Below are positions 8,261 through 16,614 of a stretch of DNA of 24,484 nucleotides, one piece after another. The notes below the pieces were generated by a model that was given only the letters and a program-made list of their open reading frames with translations, was not told the DNA's origin and searched no databases. Source of the DNA: PVC group bacterium (GTDB lineage Bacteria; Auribacterota; Erginobacteria; Erginobacterales; Erginobacteraceae). Where the stretch lies: contig JAZDIV010000037.1 of the NCBI GenBank assembly GCA_043804695.1, positions 1 through 24,484 on the forward strand, in the 5' to 3' direction. A program made the position numbers and the translations under genes. Numbering within the stretch: the stretch's first letter is position 1; the number at the start of each line of letters is the position of its first letter.

Positions 8261-9658
8261 ATGGCTAAAAAATTATGGGGAGGCCGGTTCCGAAAGGAAA
8301 CCGACGTGGTGATGGAGCGGTTCGGCTCATCTTTGCCTTTCGACCGGCGTCTTTACCGGGCGGACATCGCGGCCGGCATCGCCCACGCCCGGGTCCTCGA
8401 GAAAGGGGGGTATATTTCCGCCCGGGAAAGGGGCCGGATCGCGCGGGCGCTGCGGGAGATCGAGGGGGAGATCGCGGCGGGGAAGATCGATCTCTCCGGC
8501 GGCTATGAAGATGTCCACAGCCTGATCCTGGATCAGCTCGCGCGCAAGGACGGCGCGCTGGCGGCGAAGCTCCACGCCGGGCGCTCCCGCAATGACCTGG
8601 TGGTTCTGGACACCCGGATCTACCTGAAAGAAGAGCTGGCGACGATCGGCGAACAGATCCGGGGTCTTCAGGCCGCGCTGGTGGAAAAGGGTGATGAGTA
8701 TGCCGATGCCATCATGCCGGGGTACACGCATCTCCAGCACGCGCAGCCGGTTCTGGTGGCCCATCATTTGCTGGCATACGTGGAGATGCTGGAACGTGAC
8801 TGCCGTCGTCTTGAAGATGCCCTCGGCCGGATGGATATCCTCCCGGCCGGCTCCGCCGCCCTGGCCGGGAGCAATCTGAAGCTGGACCAGAAGCTGATGG
8901 CCGAGCTGCTCGGTTTTAAGGAAGTAGCGGCCAACAGCCTGGATGCGGTCGCCGACCGGGATTTCATTGTCGAGTCCCTGGCGGATCTGGCCCTGGTCGG
9001 GATGCATCTCTCCCGTTTGTCGGAAGAGCTGGTCCTCTGGAGTTCGTCGGAGTTCCGGTTCGTAGAACTTGATGAGGCGTACTGCACCGGGAGCAGCTTC
9101 CTCCCCCAGAAAAAAAATCCCGATCCGGCGGAGCTGATCCGGGGGAAGACCGGCCGTCTCTACGGCAACCTCCAGGCGGTGCTGGTGGCGCTGAAGGGGT
9201 TGCCGCTGGCCTATAACCGCGATCTTCAGGAAGACAAGGAGCCGCTCTTCGATTCCATCGACACCGTGCGGGAATCGCTCGCCGTCATGACCGGTGTCAT
9301 CGCCACGCTGCGGTTCAACCGGTCGGAACTCGCCGCCGCCGTGTCGAGGGGGTTCTTAGCAGCTCCCGACCTGGCGGAGTACCTGGTGGAGCGGGGGGTG
9401 CCGTTCGGGGAAGCTCACCGGACGGTGGGCAGGCTGGTGGCCCGGGCGCTGGCAGAGGGGACGGCGCCCGGAGAGATGACGCTGGCGGATCTGCGGCGCT
9501 TTTCCCCCGCCTTTTCGGAACCGGCCCTGGAGCTTCTCTCCCCCGGGGTTTCGGTGCGGCGGAAGGCGACCATCGGCAGCACCGCCCCGGTCCGGGTCCG
9601 TCGGCAGCTGAATCGCTGGAAAAAAAGATTGGGTAAAAGAATGACTAAATCCGAATGA
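8261..9658 (+). CDS. argH: Argininosuccinate lyase
   Basis: KLWGGRF, LHAGRSRND, MPGYTHLQHAQP, GSSFLPQKKNPD, YNRDLQEDKE; AGGAGG precedes ATG 8261. Confidence 0.98.
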   Translation: MAKKLWGGRFRKETDVVMERFGSSLPFDRRLYRADIAAGIAHARVLEKGGYISARERGRIARALREIEGEIAAGKIDLSGGYEDVHSLILDQLARKDGALAAKLHAGRSRNDLVVLDTRIYLKEELATIGEQIRGLQAALVEKGDEYADAIMPGYTHLQHAQPVLVAHHLLAYVEMLERDCRRLEDALGRMDILPAGSAALAGSNLKLDQKLMAELLGFKEVAANSLDAVADRDFIVESLADLALVGMHLSRLSEELVLWSSSEFRFVELDEAYCTGSSFLPQKKNPDPAELIRGKTGRLYGNLQAVLVALKGLPLAYNRDLQEDKEPLFDSIDTVRESLAVMTGVIATLRFNRSELAAAVSRGFLAAPDLAEYLVERGVPFGEAHRTVGRLVARALAEGTAPGEMTLADLRRFSPAFSEPALELLSPGVSVRRKATIGSTAPVRVRRQLNRWKKRLGKRMTKSE

Positions 9659-9763
9659 CGAAACCCGAAAGAATTATAAAATCCGAATGAGGGAACTCTT
9701 GCGATTTTTGCGCATTTTTGCGGCTAAATAAGGGGGCTGAGGCGAGGGGAGAGGAAGGTAACA

Positions 9764-11044
9764 ATGAAATTAGAGATCAACAGCAACTCCTGGCATTACC
9801 GGGACGGGGTTCTCTGCTGCGAGGACGTTCCCCTCGATCTGGTCGCCCGGAAGGCGGGTACCCCGGTATACGTATACAGCCACCGCCATCTGGTTGACCG
9901 TTTCCGGGAGATCGACTCGGCCTGGGGGCGGCGCCGCCACCGGGTTTGTTTTTCCCTGAAGTCCAATTCCAGCCTGGCGGTGGCCCGGGTCCTGATCGGG
10001 GAGGGCGCCGGGGTTGATGTGGTCTCGGGAGGAGAACTTTCCCGGGCCCTCCGGGCGGGGGCTTCCCCCGGGACAATCGTTTTCGCGGGAGTGGGAAAAA
10101 CCGTTAAGGAGATCGCCGCCGCTCTCCGCGCGGGGATACTCTTCTTCACCGTCGAGTCCACACCCGAACTGCATCTGATCGACCGGACGGCCCGAAAAAT
10201 GGGCCGGATCGCTCCGGTCGCGCTCCGGGTCACCCCCGATGTCGACCCGAAGACGCACCGGTACATCACCACCGGGAAGGATGAAAACAAGTTCGGACTC
10301 GATCGGGAGGAGGCGCTTGATTTTTACCGCCGCGCCCGCGAGTTGTCGTATGTGAACCCGGTCGGCATCCACATGCACATCGGCTCCCAGATCCTCCGGA
10401 CGGGGCCTTACCGGGAGGGCGTGAAGCGGCTGCTCGATCTGGTCCGGAAGCTGAAAAAAGAAGGAATCCCCCTCCGGTACCTTGATATCGGCGGCGGGAT
10501 GGGGGTGAGTTACCGCGGCGAGGATCCCCCCGCGGCCGCCGCTTATGCCGCCGCCCTGGCTCCGCTCTTGAAAGGGATCGACCTGGTTCTGGTCCTGGAA
10601 CCGGGGCGATATATCACCGGAAATGCCGGAGCGCTGCTGGTGAGGGTGCTTCAGGTTAAAAAGAAAAAGAAAAAAAACTTTATTGTCGTGGACGGGGCGA
10701 TGAACGACCTGGTCCGGCCGGCTCTCTACGGCGCCTATCACCAGATCGTGCCGGTCCGGCCGGGGAAGGTCGGGCACCTCCGCGCCGACGTGGTCGGGCC
10801 GATCTGCGAGACCGGCGACCTCCTGGGAGAGGGGAGGCTGCTCCCCGAGCCGGCGGCGGGCGACTTTTTGGCGGTGATGAGCGCCGGCGCGTACGGCTAC
10901 GTGATGAGTTCCAATTACAACTCCCGCCCGCGCCCGGCGGAGGTGATGGTCAGGGAGGGCGAGTTCGGGATCATCCGGCGGCGGGAAACCTACCGGGATC
11001 TGATCCGGGGAGAGATGCTGCCCGATTTTTTGTTGCCGGAATAG
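9764..11044 (+). CDS. lysA: Diaminopimelate decarboxylase
   Basis: GTPVYVYS, FSLKSN (PLP Lys), DVVSGGEL, HMHIGSQI, DIGGG, EPGR, VVGPICETGD, GAYG..MSSNYNSRP. Confidence 0.98.
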   Translation: MKLEINSNSWHYRDGVLCCEDVPLDLVARKAGTPVYVYSHRHLVDRFREIDSAWGRRRHRVCFSLKSNSSLAVARVLIGEGAGVDVVSGGELSRALRAGASPGTIVFAGVGKTVKEIAAALRAGILFFTVESTPELHLIDRTARKMGRIAPVALRVTPDVDPKTHRYITTGKDENKFGLDREEALDFYRRARELSYVNPVGIHMHIGSQILRTGPYREGVKRLLDLVRKLKKEGIPLRYLDIGGGMGVSYRGEDPPAAAAYAAALAPLLKGIDLVLVLEPGRYITGNAGALLVRVLQVKKKKKKNFIVVDGAMNDLVRPALYGAYHQIVPVRPGKVGHLRADVVGPICETGDLLGEGRLLPEPAAGDFLAVMSAGAYGYVMSSNYNSRPRPAEVMVREGEFGIIRRRETYRDLIRGEMLPDFLLPE

Positions 11045-11048
11045 ATGA

Positions 11049-11106
11049 GCAGGACGATTTTGGGCAGGACGATTTGAGGCAGGACGATTTATAGGCAGGA
11101 CGATTT
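11049..11106 (+). repeat. Direct repeat GCAGGACGATTT x4 (period 15, 15, 16)
   Basis: Exact copies start at 11049, 11064, 11079 and 11095. Confidence 0.95.
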
Positions 11107-11143
11107 AGAATAGAATGTGCAGGCTTCGGAATTTTAATAATTA

Positions 11144-11234
11144 TTAGCCACCAAGGCACAAAGGCACCAAGAAAAGAGCAAAATACTCACCTGATTTGAT
11201 TTTTTCTTGGTGTCTTGGTGTCTTAGTGGCAAAA
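11144..11234. repeat. Octamer (GCACCAAG/CTTGGTGT) inverted-arm element, copy 1
   Basis: gccaccaag-gcacaaag-gcaccaag-aaaa ... ttttcttggtgt-cttggtgt-cttagtggc. Confidence 0.92.
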
Positions 11235-11282
11235 GTTGCGAGCCCCGATAAATCGGGGTAGACTGCGCGAGCTAATTTATAG

Positions 11283-12110
11283 ATGAAGATTGCATTTACC
11301 AAAATGCAGGGGCTGGGGAATGACTTCATCCTGGTCGACGATCGGGGGCAAAAACTCCGGCCGGGGCCGGAACTGGTCAGGTTTCTCTGCGCCCGGCATT
11401 TCGGGATCGGGGCGGATGGGCTGATCACCGTCGCTCACTCCGATCGGGCGGACCTGAAGATGCGAATCTTCAACCGGGACGGCTCCGAGGCCGGGATGTG
11501 CGGCAACGGCATCCGCTGTTTCGCCCTCTACGCCCGGGACCGGGGGCTGGTCCGGGGGGGAAAGATGAGCGTGGAGACCCCCGCCGGGATCATGCGTCCG
11601 GAGATAGTCGCCGGCAGCGTCATCGTCGACATGGGGGAGCCGGTCCTGGAGGGGCCGCTGATCCCGGTCGCCCTCGCCGGCCGGGTGGTCGATCGCCCCG
11701 CCGTCTTCGGGAAACACCGGGTCCGGATGACCTGCGTGTCGATGGGGAATCCCCACTGCGTCATCTTTTACCCCCCGGGCGAGCCGCCGCCGGTCGAGGA
11801 GCTGGGGCCGGTAATCGAGTCCGACCGCCTCTTCCCGGAGAAGACCAATGTCGAGTTCATCCAGGTGATGAGCAGACAAGAGATGCGGTTATTCGTCTGG
11901 GAGCGGGGCGCCGGCAGGACCCTGGCCTGCGGTACCGGCGCCGCCGCCGCCGTGGCGGCGGGCGTGCTCACGGGCCGGACCGGCCGGGATGTGCTGGTCC
12001 ATCTCCCGGGAGGAGACCTCCGGATCGAGTGGCGGGAAGACAATCACCTCTTCATGACCGGCCCGGCGGGGTATGTGTTCGAGGGGGAGATCGACGTCGG
12101 GGAATACTAA
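11283..12110 (+). CDS. dapF: Diaminopimelate epimerase
   Basis: FTKMQGLGNDF, GIGADG, NRDGSEAGMCGNGIRC, SMGNPHC, NVEF, WERGAGRTLACGTG. Confidence 0.99.
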   Translation: MKIAFTKMQGLGNDFILVDDRGQKLRPGPELVRFLCARHFGIGADGLITVAHSDRADLKMRIFNRDGSEAGMCGNGIRCFALYARDRGLVRGGKMSVETPAGIMRPEIVAGSVIVDMGEPVLEGPLIPVALAGRVVDRPAVFGKHRVRMTCVSMGNPHCVIFYPPGEPPPVEELGPVIESDRLFPEKTNVEFIQVMSRQEMRLFVWERGAGRTLACGTGAAAAVAAGVLTGRTGRDVLVHLPGGDLRIEWREDNHLFMTGPAGYVFEGEIDVGEY

Positions 12111-12229
12111 AAAAATACTTCCTATAAAGATTGATTAACGAATTAAGTTCCTGTATCTGATTTTCAAGAAATCAAGATTGAATTATTGTATAATCATTTT
12201 ATTGAGATACATTGATCAAGGGGGTTACC

Positions 12230-13096
12230 ATGTTTGAAGGATCGATGGTGGCGATAGTGACGCCGTTCAATGACGAAGAGGTCGATTATGACGCGCTGGG
12301 CGGCCTGATCGAATTTCAGATTGAGAACGGCACCGACGCGATCGTCCCCTGCGGGACGACCGGGGAATCGCCGACTCTTTCCCACGAAGAGCACGACCGG
12401 GTGGTGGATTACGTGGTCGAGCGGGTGAATCACCGGGTGAAAGTGATCGCCGGGGCGGGGTCCAACAGCACCCGGGAGGCCCTCCGGCTGACCGCCCACG
12501 CCGAGGCCGCGGGGGCGGACGGGGCCCTGGTGATCACCCCCTATTACAACAAGCCGACCCAGAGGGGGATGATTGAGCATTACGGGCGGCTGGCCGGGGA
12601 GACCGGCATCCCCCTGGTGCTCTATAACGTGCCGGGGAGGACCGGGGTCAAGCTCGAACCCGAGACCATCGCCGATCTGGCCGACAACGAAAACATCGTG
12701 GCCATCAAGGAGGCCTGCGGCTCGGTCGACCAGGTCAACCAGATACTCAACCTCTGCGACATCACGGTCCTCTCGGGTGACGACATGCTGACGCTGCCGA
12801 TGATGGCGGTCGGCGCCCGGGGGGTCGTTTCGGTGGCCGCCAACATCGTGCCCCGGGATGTCTCCCGTCTGGTGCACGCCGCCCTGAAGGGGCAGTGGGA
12901 GGACGCCCGGCGGATCCACTTCTGCCTGTATTCGCTTTTCCAGATGATGTTTATCGAGACCAACCCGATCCCGGTCAAGACGTCGCTGGCGATGATGGGG
13001 AAGGTGCAGGAAAATTTCAGGCTCCCGCTCTGCGGCCTCTCTTCCGCGCACCGGGTGGAACTGGAAAATCTCCTGCAGAGGTACGAATTACTATAA
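12230..13096 (+). CDS. dapA: 4-hydroxy-tetrahydrodipicolinate synthase
   Basis: AIVTPF, GTTGESPTL, PYYNKP, LYNVPGRTG, AIKEA (Schiff-base Lys), LSGDD, ETNPIPVK; ATG at 12230. Confidence 0.98.
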   Translation: MFEGSMVAIVTPFNDEEVDYDALGGLIEFQIENGTDAIVPCGTTGESPTLSHEEHDRVVDYVVERVNHRVKVIAGAGSNSTREALRLTAHAEAAGADGALVITPYYNKPTQRGMIEHYGRLAGETGIPLVLYNVPGRTGVKLEPETIADLADNENIVAIKEACGSVDQVNQILNLCDITVLSGDDMLTLPMMAVGARGVVSVAANIVPRDVSRLVHAALKGQWEDARRIHFCLYSLFQMMFIETNPIPVKTSLAMMGKVQENFRLPLCGLSSAHRVELENLLQRYELL

Positions 13097-13138
13097 TTTA
13101 ATTTCCGCTTCGCGGAAATTACAGATACGGAGAGTATC

Positions 13139-13939
13139 ATGATCAGAATAATAGTTTGCGGGGCGGCGGGAAGGATGGGGGGACGGATCATCGCCTGCGC
13201 CCGGGAGGAGGGAGATCTTATGATCACCGGGGCGGTGGAACGGGCCGGGCATCCCGACCTGGGGCGGGACGCGGGCGAGGTCAGCGGGGCGGGGCGGCTC
13301 GGCTTGCCCCTGACGGACTCGCTGGAAGACGTGATCGGATCTGGTGACGTCGTGATCGACTTCTCCGCCCCGACGGCGGCGCTGGCCGCCGCCGCGGCCG
13401 CGGCCGCGCACCGCAAGCCGCTGGTGATCGGGACGACCGGGCTTTGCCCGGAAGAAGAGGCACGCTTGAAAAAAACGGTGGCCGGGATCGCCTGTCTCTT
13501 CTCCCCCAACATGAGCGTGGGGGTGAACCTGCTCTTCCGGCTGGTGGAGGAGACCGCGGGGGCCCTCGGTGACGGTTACGACATCGAGATCGTCGAGGCC
13601 CATCACCGCTTGAAGAAGGACGCGCCCAGCGGGACCGCCCGCCAGATCGCGGAGCTCGCCGCCTCCGCCCTCGGCCGCGATCTCTCCGCGGCCGCGGTTT
13701 ACGGAAGACAGGGAATGACCGGAGAACGGCCCCGGGGGGAGATCGGGATTCATTCCGTCCGGGCCGGGGACATCGTCGGCGATCACACCGTCATCTTCTC
13801 CGCCCCCGGGGAACGCCTGGAACTGATTCACCGGGCCCACAGTCGGGATACCTTTGCCCGGGGGGCGCTCCGGGCGGCCCGTTTCGTCGCCTCCGCCGCG
13901 CCGGGGATCTATACGATGCGTGATGTTCTGGGGATATAA
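13139..13939 (+). CDS. dapB: 4-hydroxy-tetrahydrodipicolinate reductase
   Basis: GAAGRMG, VIDFS, VIGTTG, PNMSVGVN, EAHHRLKKDAPSGTA, RAGDIVGDH, FARGA. Confidence 0.99.
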   Translation: MIRIIVCGAAGRMGGRIIACAREEGDLMITGAVERAGHPDLGRDAGEVSGAGRLGLPLTDSLEDVIGSGDVVIDFSAPTAALAAAAAAAAHRKPLVIGTTGLCPEEEARLKKTVAGIACLFSPNMSVGVNLLFRLVEETAGALGDGYDIEIVEAHHRLKKDAPSGTARQIAELAASALGRDLSAAAVYGRQGMTGERPRGEIGIHSVRAGDIVGDHTVIFSAPGERLELIHRAHSRDTFARGALRAARFVASAAPGIYTMRDVLGI

Positions 13940-14089
13940 TCCGCCGGCTTCGGAATTTCAATAAACATTATTAAAATAGTAACTGTCCCGAAAGCTTTCG
14001 GGACGCTTGATTGCTCGCTTAATTTTAATTCTTGCGTAATCTTTGCGTTCTTCGCGTCTCGGCGGTTCAACTAAAAGGAGAAAAATAGC

Positions 14090-14365
14090 ATGTTTTACAC
14101 GGTCAAGAACAAGGTGGATCTTCTGATGGGACAAGGCTTCATCACCCGGTATGCTTCCCCCCAGATTACCTGGGAACGTCTTCGGGCGGGTGAGCCGGTG
14201 CTCTTTAAATTGATGGAAGGCGGCCGGGTCGTCAGTCAGTTTTTCGCCGCTCCGGACAAGCTGGGCGTTCACTTCCGGGCGATACCGGTGACCGATGACT
14301 ACTGCCGCTTGCATGAGGAACCGATCGTGGGAGCAACGGAGGAAGATGCGGGGGAGAGTACTTAA
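14090..14365 (+). CDS. Hypothetical 91-aa protein
   Basis: AAGGAG SD at 14075-14080, co-oriented within the operon, plausible composition; no family recognised. Confidence 0.65.
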   Translation: MFYTVKNKVDLLMGQGFITRYASPQITWERLRAGEPVLFKLMEGGRVVSQFFAAPDKLGVHFRAIPVTDDYCRLHEEPIVGATEEDAGEST

Positions 14366-14386
14366 TTTAATCTCAGTAAACAATGA

Positions 14387-14625
14387 GTGACAATATTCAG
14401 ATAAATTCCAATTCAGCCGTCGTAGCCAAAAGGCTACTATCCGGCCGCCGCAGCTACGCTGCTATGGCGGAGGCGGCTGGCGAAGTCGGCTGACCAAAAT
14501 TCCAAATAACAAACTCGCCTGAATTAGCTGGACCCTGGATGCAGGCCGCTTCCCGACTGGTTTGGGATTTCGATCATTGTAATTTGGAATTTATTTGTTA
14601 TTTGTTATTTGGGATTTGAGATTTC
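14387..14625. repeat. AAATTCC/AAATAAC heptamer inverted-arm element with a GC-rich hairpin insert at 14413-14493
   Basis: Right arm at 14560-14625; left arm split by TCAGCCG...CGGCTGA. Confidence 0.8.
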
Positions 14626-14668
14626 GAATAAGCTAAATACGTGTAATATTGGATTCGAAGGTAAAAAT

Positions 14669-15895
14669 ATGAATTTTATGGTATCTGAACGTCTCAACAA
14701 ACTCCCTCCCTACCTCTTCGCCGAGATCGACCGGGTGAAACGGGCACTCCGGGCCCGGGGGAAAGAACTGATCGATCTCGGTGTCGGCGACCCCGATCGG
14801 CCCACCCCGCCTCATATCGTCAAAGCACTGGGGCGGGCCGCCCGGGACCCCGCCACCCATACCTATTCGCTCGATTTCGGCATGGCGGAACTGAGGGAGG
14901 CGATCGCGGGCTGGTACTGGCGCCGGTTCGACGTCGAGCTCGACCCGGCCACCGAGATTCTTCCCCTCCTCGGTTCCAAGGAGGGGATCGCCCACATCCC
15001 CCTGGCGTTCGTCAACCCGGGGGAGACGGTGCTGGTCCCGGACCCGGGCTACCCGGTCTACGCGTCGGGGACCATCTTCGCGGGCGGGGTCCCGGTGGCG
15101 ATGCCGCTCCGGAAGGAGAACGGGTTTCTGGCCGACCTGGACGCGGTCGAGAAGACGGTGGCCGAAAAGGCCCGGATGATGTTCCTCAACTACCCTAACA
15201 ACCCCACCGCCGCCGTCTGCGGTCTGGATTACCTGGCGGCCGCCGCCGAATTCGCCGGCCGGCACGGGATCATTCTCTGCCACGACGCCGCCTATACCGA
15301 GCTGGCCTATGACGGCTATTGCCCTCCCAGTTTCCTCCAGGTGCCGTCGGCGAAGGAGGTGGGGATCGAGTTCCATTCGCTCTCCAAGACCTATAACATG
15401 ACGGGGTGGCGGGTTGGTTTCGCGGTCGGCAATAAAGAAATCATCAAGGGCCTGAGCGCGGTCAAGTCAAACATCGACTCCGGGATTTTTCAGGCGGTCC
15501 AGCGCGCGGCGATCGCCGCCCTCAACGGACCCCAGGAGTTCCGGATCGATCTGCTCGAGATGTACCGGGACAGAAGGGACACCCTGGTCGACGGCCTCAA
15601 CTCCCTGGGCTGGGAGGTCCCCCGGCCGAAGGCCACCTTCTATGTCTGGTGCCGGACGCCGGCGGGGTATGACTCGGCTTCATTCACCGCGCTTCTTCTG
15701 GAAGAAGCCGGGATCGTCACCACCCCCGGCGTCGGCCTGGGGCCGTCCGGGGAAGGGTACGTCCGGATGGCCCTGACCCGGCCCGTGGATGAGCTTCAAA
15801 AGGCAGTGGAGAGGTTGGGCAAACTAGACGTATTCGGTGCTCGTCGGTCTCGGGATAACTCAAAGGATAAATCCCAAATCACAAATCCCAAATAA
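14669..15895 (+). CDS. dapL: LL-diaminopimelate aminotransferase (class I/II PLP)
   Basis: RLNKLPPYLFAEID, LGVGDPD, GSKEGIAH, PDPGYPVY, LNYPNNPT, HDAAY, EFHSLSKTYNMTGWRVG; lies in the dap cluster. Start is 14669 or 14678. Confidence 0.88.
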   Translation: MNFMVSERLNKLPPYLFAEIDRVKRALRARGKELIDLGVGDPDRPTPPHIVKALGRAARDPATHTYSLDFGMAELREAIAGWYWRRFDVELDPATEILPLLGSKEGIAHIPLAFVNPGETVLVPDPGYPVYASGTIFAGGVPVAMPLRKENGFLADLDAVEKTVAEKARMMFLNYPNNPTAAVCGLDYLAAAAEFAGRHGIILCHDAAYTELAYDGYCPPSFLQVPSAKEVGIEFHSLSKTYNMTGWRVGFAVGNKEIIKGLSAVKSNIDSGIFQAVQRAAIAALNGPQEFRIDLLEMYRDRRDTLVDGLNSLGWEVPRPKATFYVWCRTPAGYDSASFTALLLEEAGIVTTPGVGLGPSGEGYVRMALTRPVDELQKAVERLGKLDVFGARRSRDNSKDKSQITNPK

Positions 15896-15932
15896 CAAAC
15901 AAATTCCAAATCACAAATCCCAAATCCCCAAT
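15869..15932 (+). repeat. AAATCCC-type heptamer arm overlapping the dapL 3' end
   Basis: aaatccc-aaatcac-aaatccc-aaataac-aaac-aaattcc-aaatcac-aaatccc-aaatccc. Confidence 0.9.
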
Positions 15933-15937
15933 AATGG

Positions 15938-16037
15938 TTAGCCACCAAGGCACAAAGGCACAAAGAAAAAGATAGAAAAGAGCAAAATACTTAACTTATT
16001 TGGTTTTTCTTGGTGTCTTAGTGTCTTAGTGGCAAAA
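15938..16037. repeat. GCACCAAG octamer inverted-arm element, copy 2
   Basis: Nearly identical to 11144-11234 including the spacer, plus a 10-nt insertion. Confidence 0.92.
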
Positions 16038-16104
16038 AGGTGCGCCGAAGGCGCTATTTATTTGGAATTTAATGGATCAGGCTTGTAATCTTCAAACCAG
16101 AACT

Positions 16105-16614
16105 ATGTTTAGAAATCTGCAGAGTGACGCCTTCCTCTCCCTCGGTTCCAACCGGGGCGATCGGGCGGATAACATCCGGCACGCGCTCTTCCTGCTCGGC
16201 CGCGCCCCGGGAATCCGGGTGACGGATGCTTCCGCACTTTACGAGAGCGCGCCGCTCTACCTCCGCGAGCAGGCGGCGTTCCTCAACTGCGTGACGGTGC
16301 TGATGACGGAGCTTGACCCCCATCAGCTGCTTGAGGTATGCAAAGGCGTCGAACGAGTGATGGGGAGAGAGCGGGGGAGGCGATACGGTCCCCGGATTAT
16401 CGACCTCGATATCGTCTCCTATGGGAGACGGGTCATCAGAACCCCGGAGCTGTCCATCCCCCATCCCGGCCTCGAGGAGCGGCGGTTTGTCCTCCTCCCG
16501 CTGAGCACGGTAGCGCCCTACTGGCGGCACCCGTTCCGGGACCGGAGCGTGCGGGAACTCCTGTTCGCCCTGGGAGAGGATGAAGGGGTGTCGTATTACG
16601 GAGAAATCGGATGA
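16105..16614 (+). CDS. folK: 2-amino-4-hydroxy-6-hydroxymethyldihydropteridine diphosphokinase
   Basis: LSLGSNRGD, YESAP, FLNCV, RYGPRIIDLDI, IPHP..EERRFVLLPL. Start is 16072 or 16105; overlaps the panB start (ATGA). Confidence 0.96.
   Translation: MFRNLQSDAFLSLGSNRGDRADNIRHALFLLGRAPGIRVTDASALYESAPLYLREQAAFLNCVTVLMTELDPHQLLEVCKGVERVMGRERGRRYGPRIIDLDIVSYGRRVIRTPELSIPHPGLEERRFVLLPLSTVAPYWRHPFRDRSVRELLFALGEDEGVSYYGEIG

Noticed and set aside
9659..9763. Lysine riboswitch or T-box upstream of lysA (also checked before dapA)
   Set aside because: The spacers are too short and lack the conserved motifs; they are explained by repeat arms or AT-rich sequence.
10657..10677. A-rich tract in lysA (KKKKKKN) as a frameshift or phase-variation site
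   Set aside because: The frame is intact, the tract is broken by G residues, and it maps to a normally basic loop.
11049..11106. CRISPR or mini-array
   Set aside because: The 12-nt repeats with 3-4 nt linkers are far too short.
12189..12194. Internal promoters from TATAAT at 12189-12194 and 5291-5296
   Set aside because: No convincing -35 at proper spacing; plausible but unsupported.
14609..14668. N-terminal extensions of dapL (and of argB, 4199-4237) in the ORF track
   Set aside because: They begin at non-ATG codons inside repeat arms; downstream ATGs fit the family N-termini.
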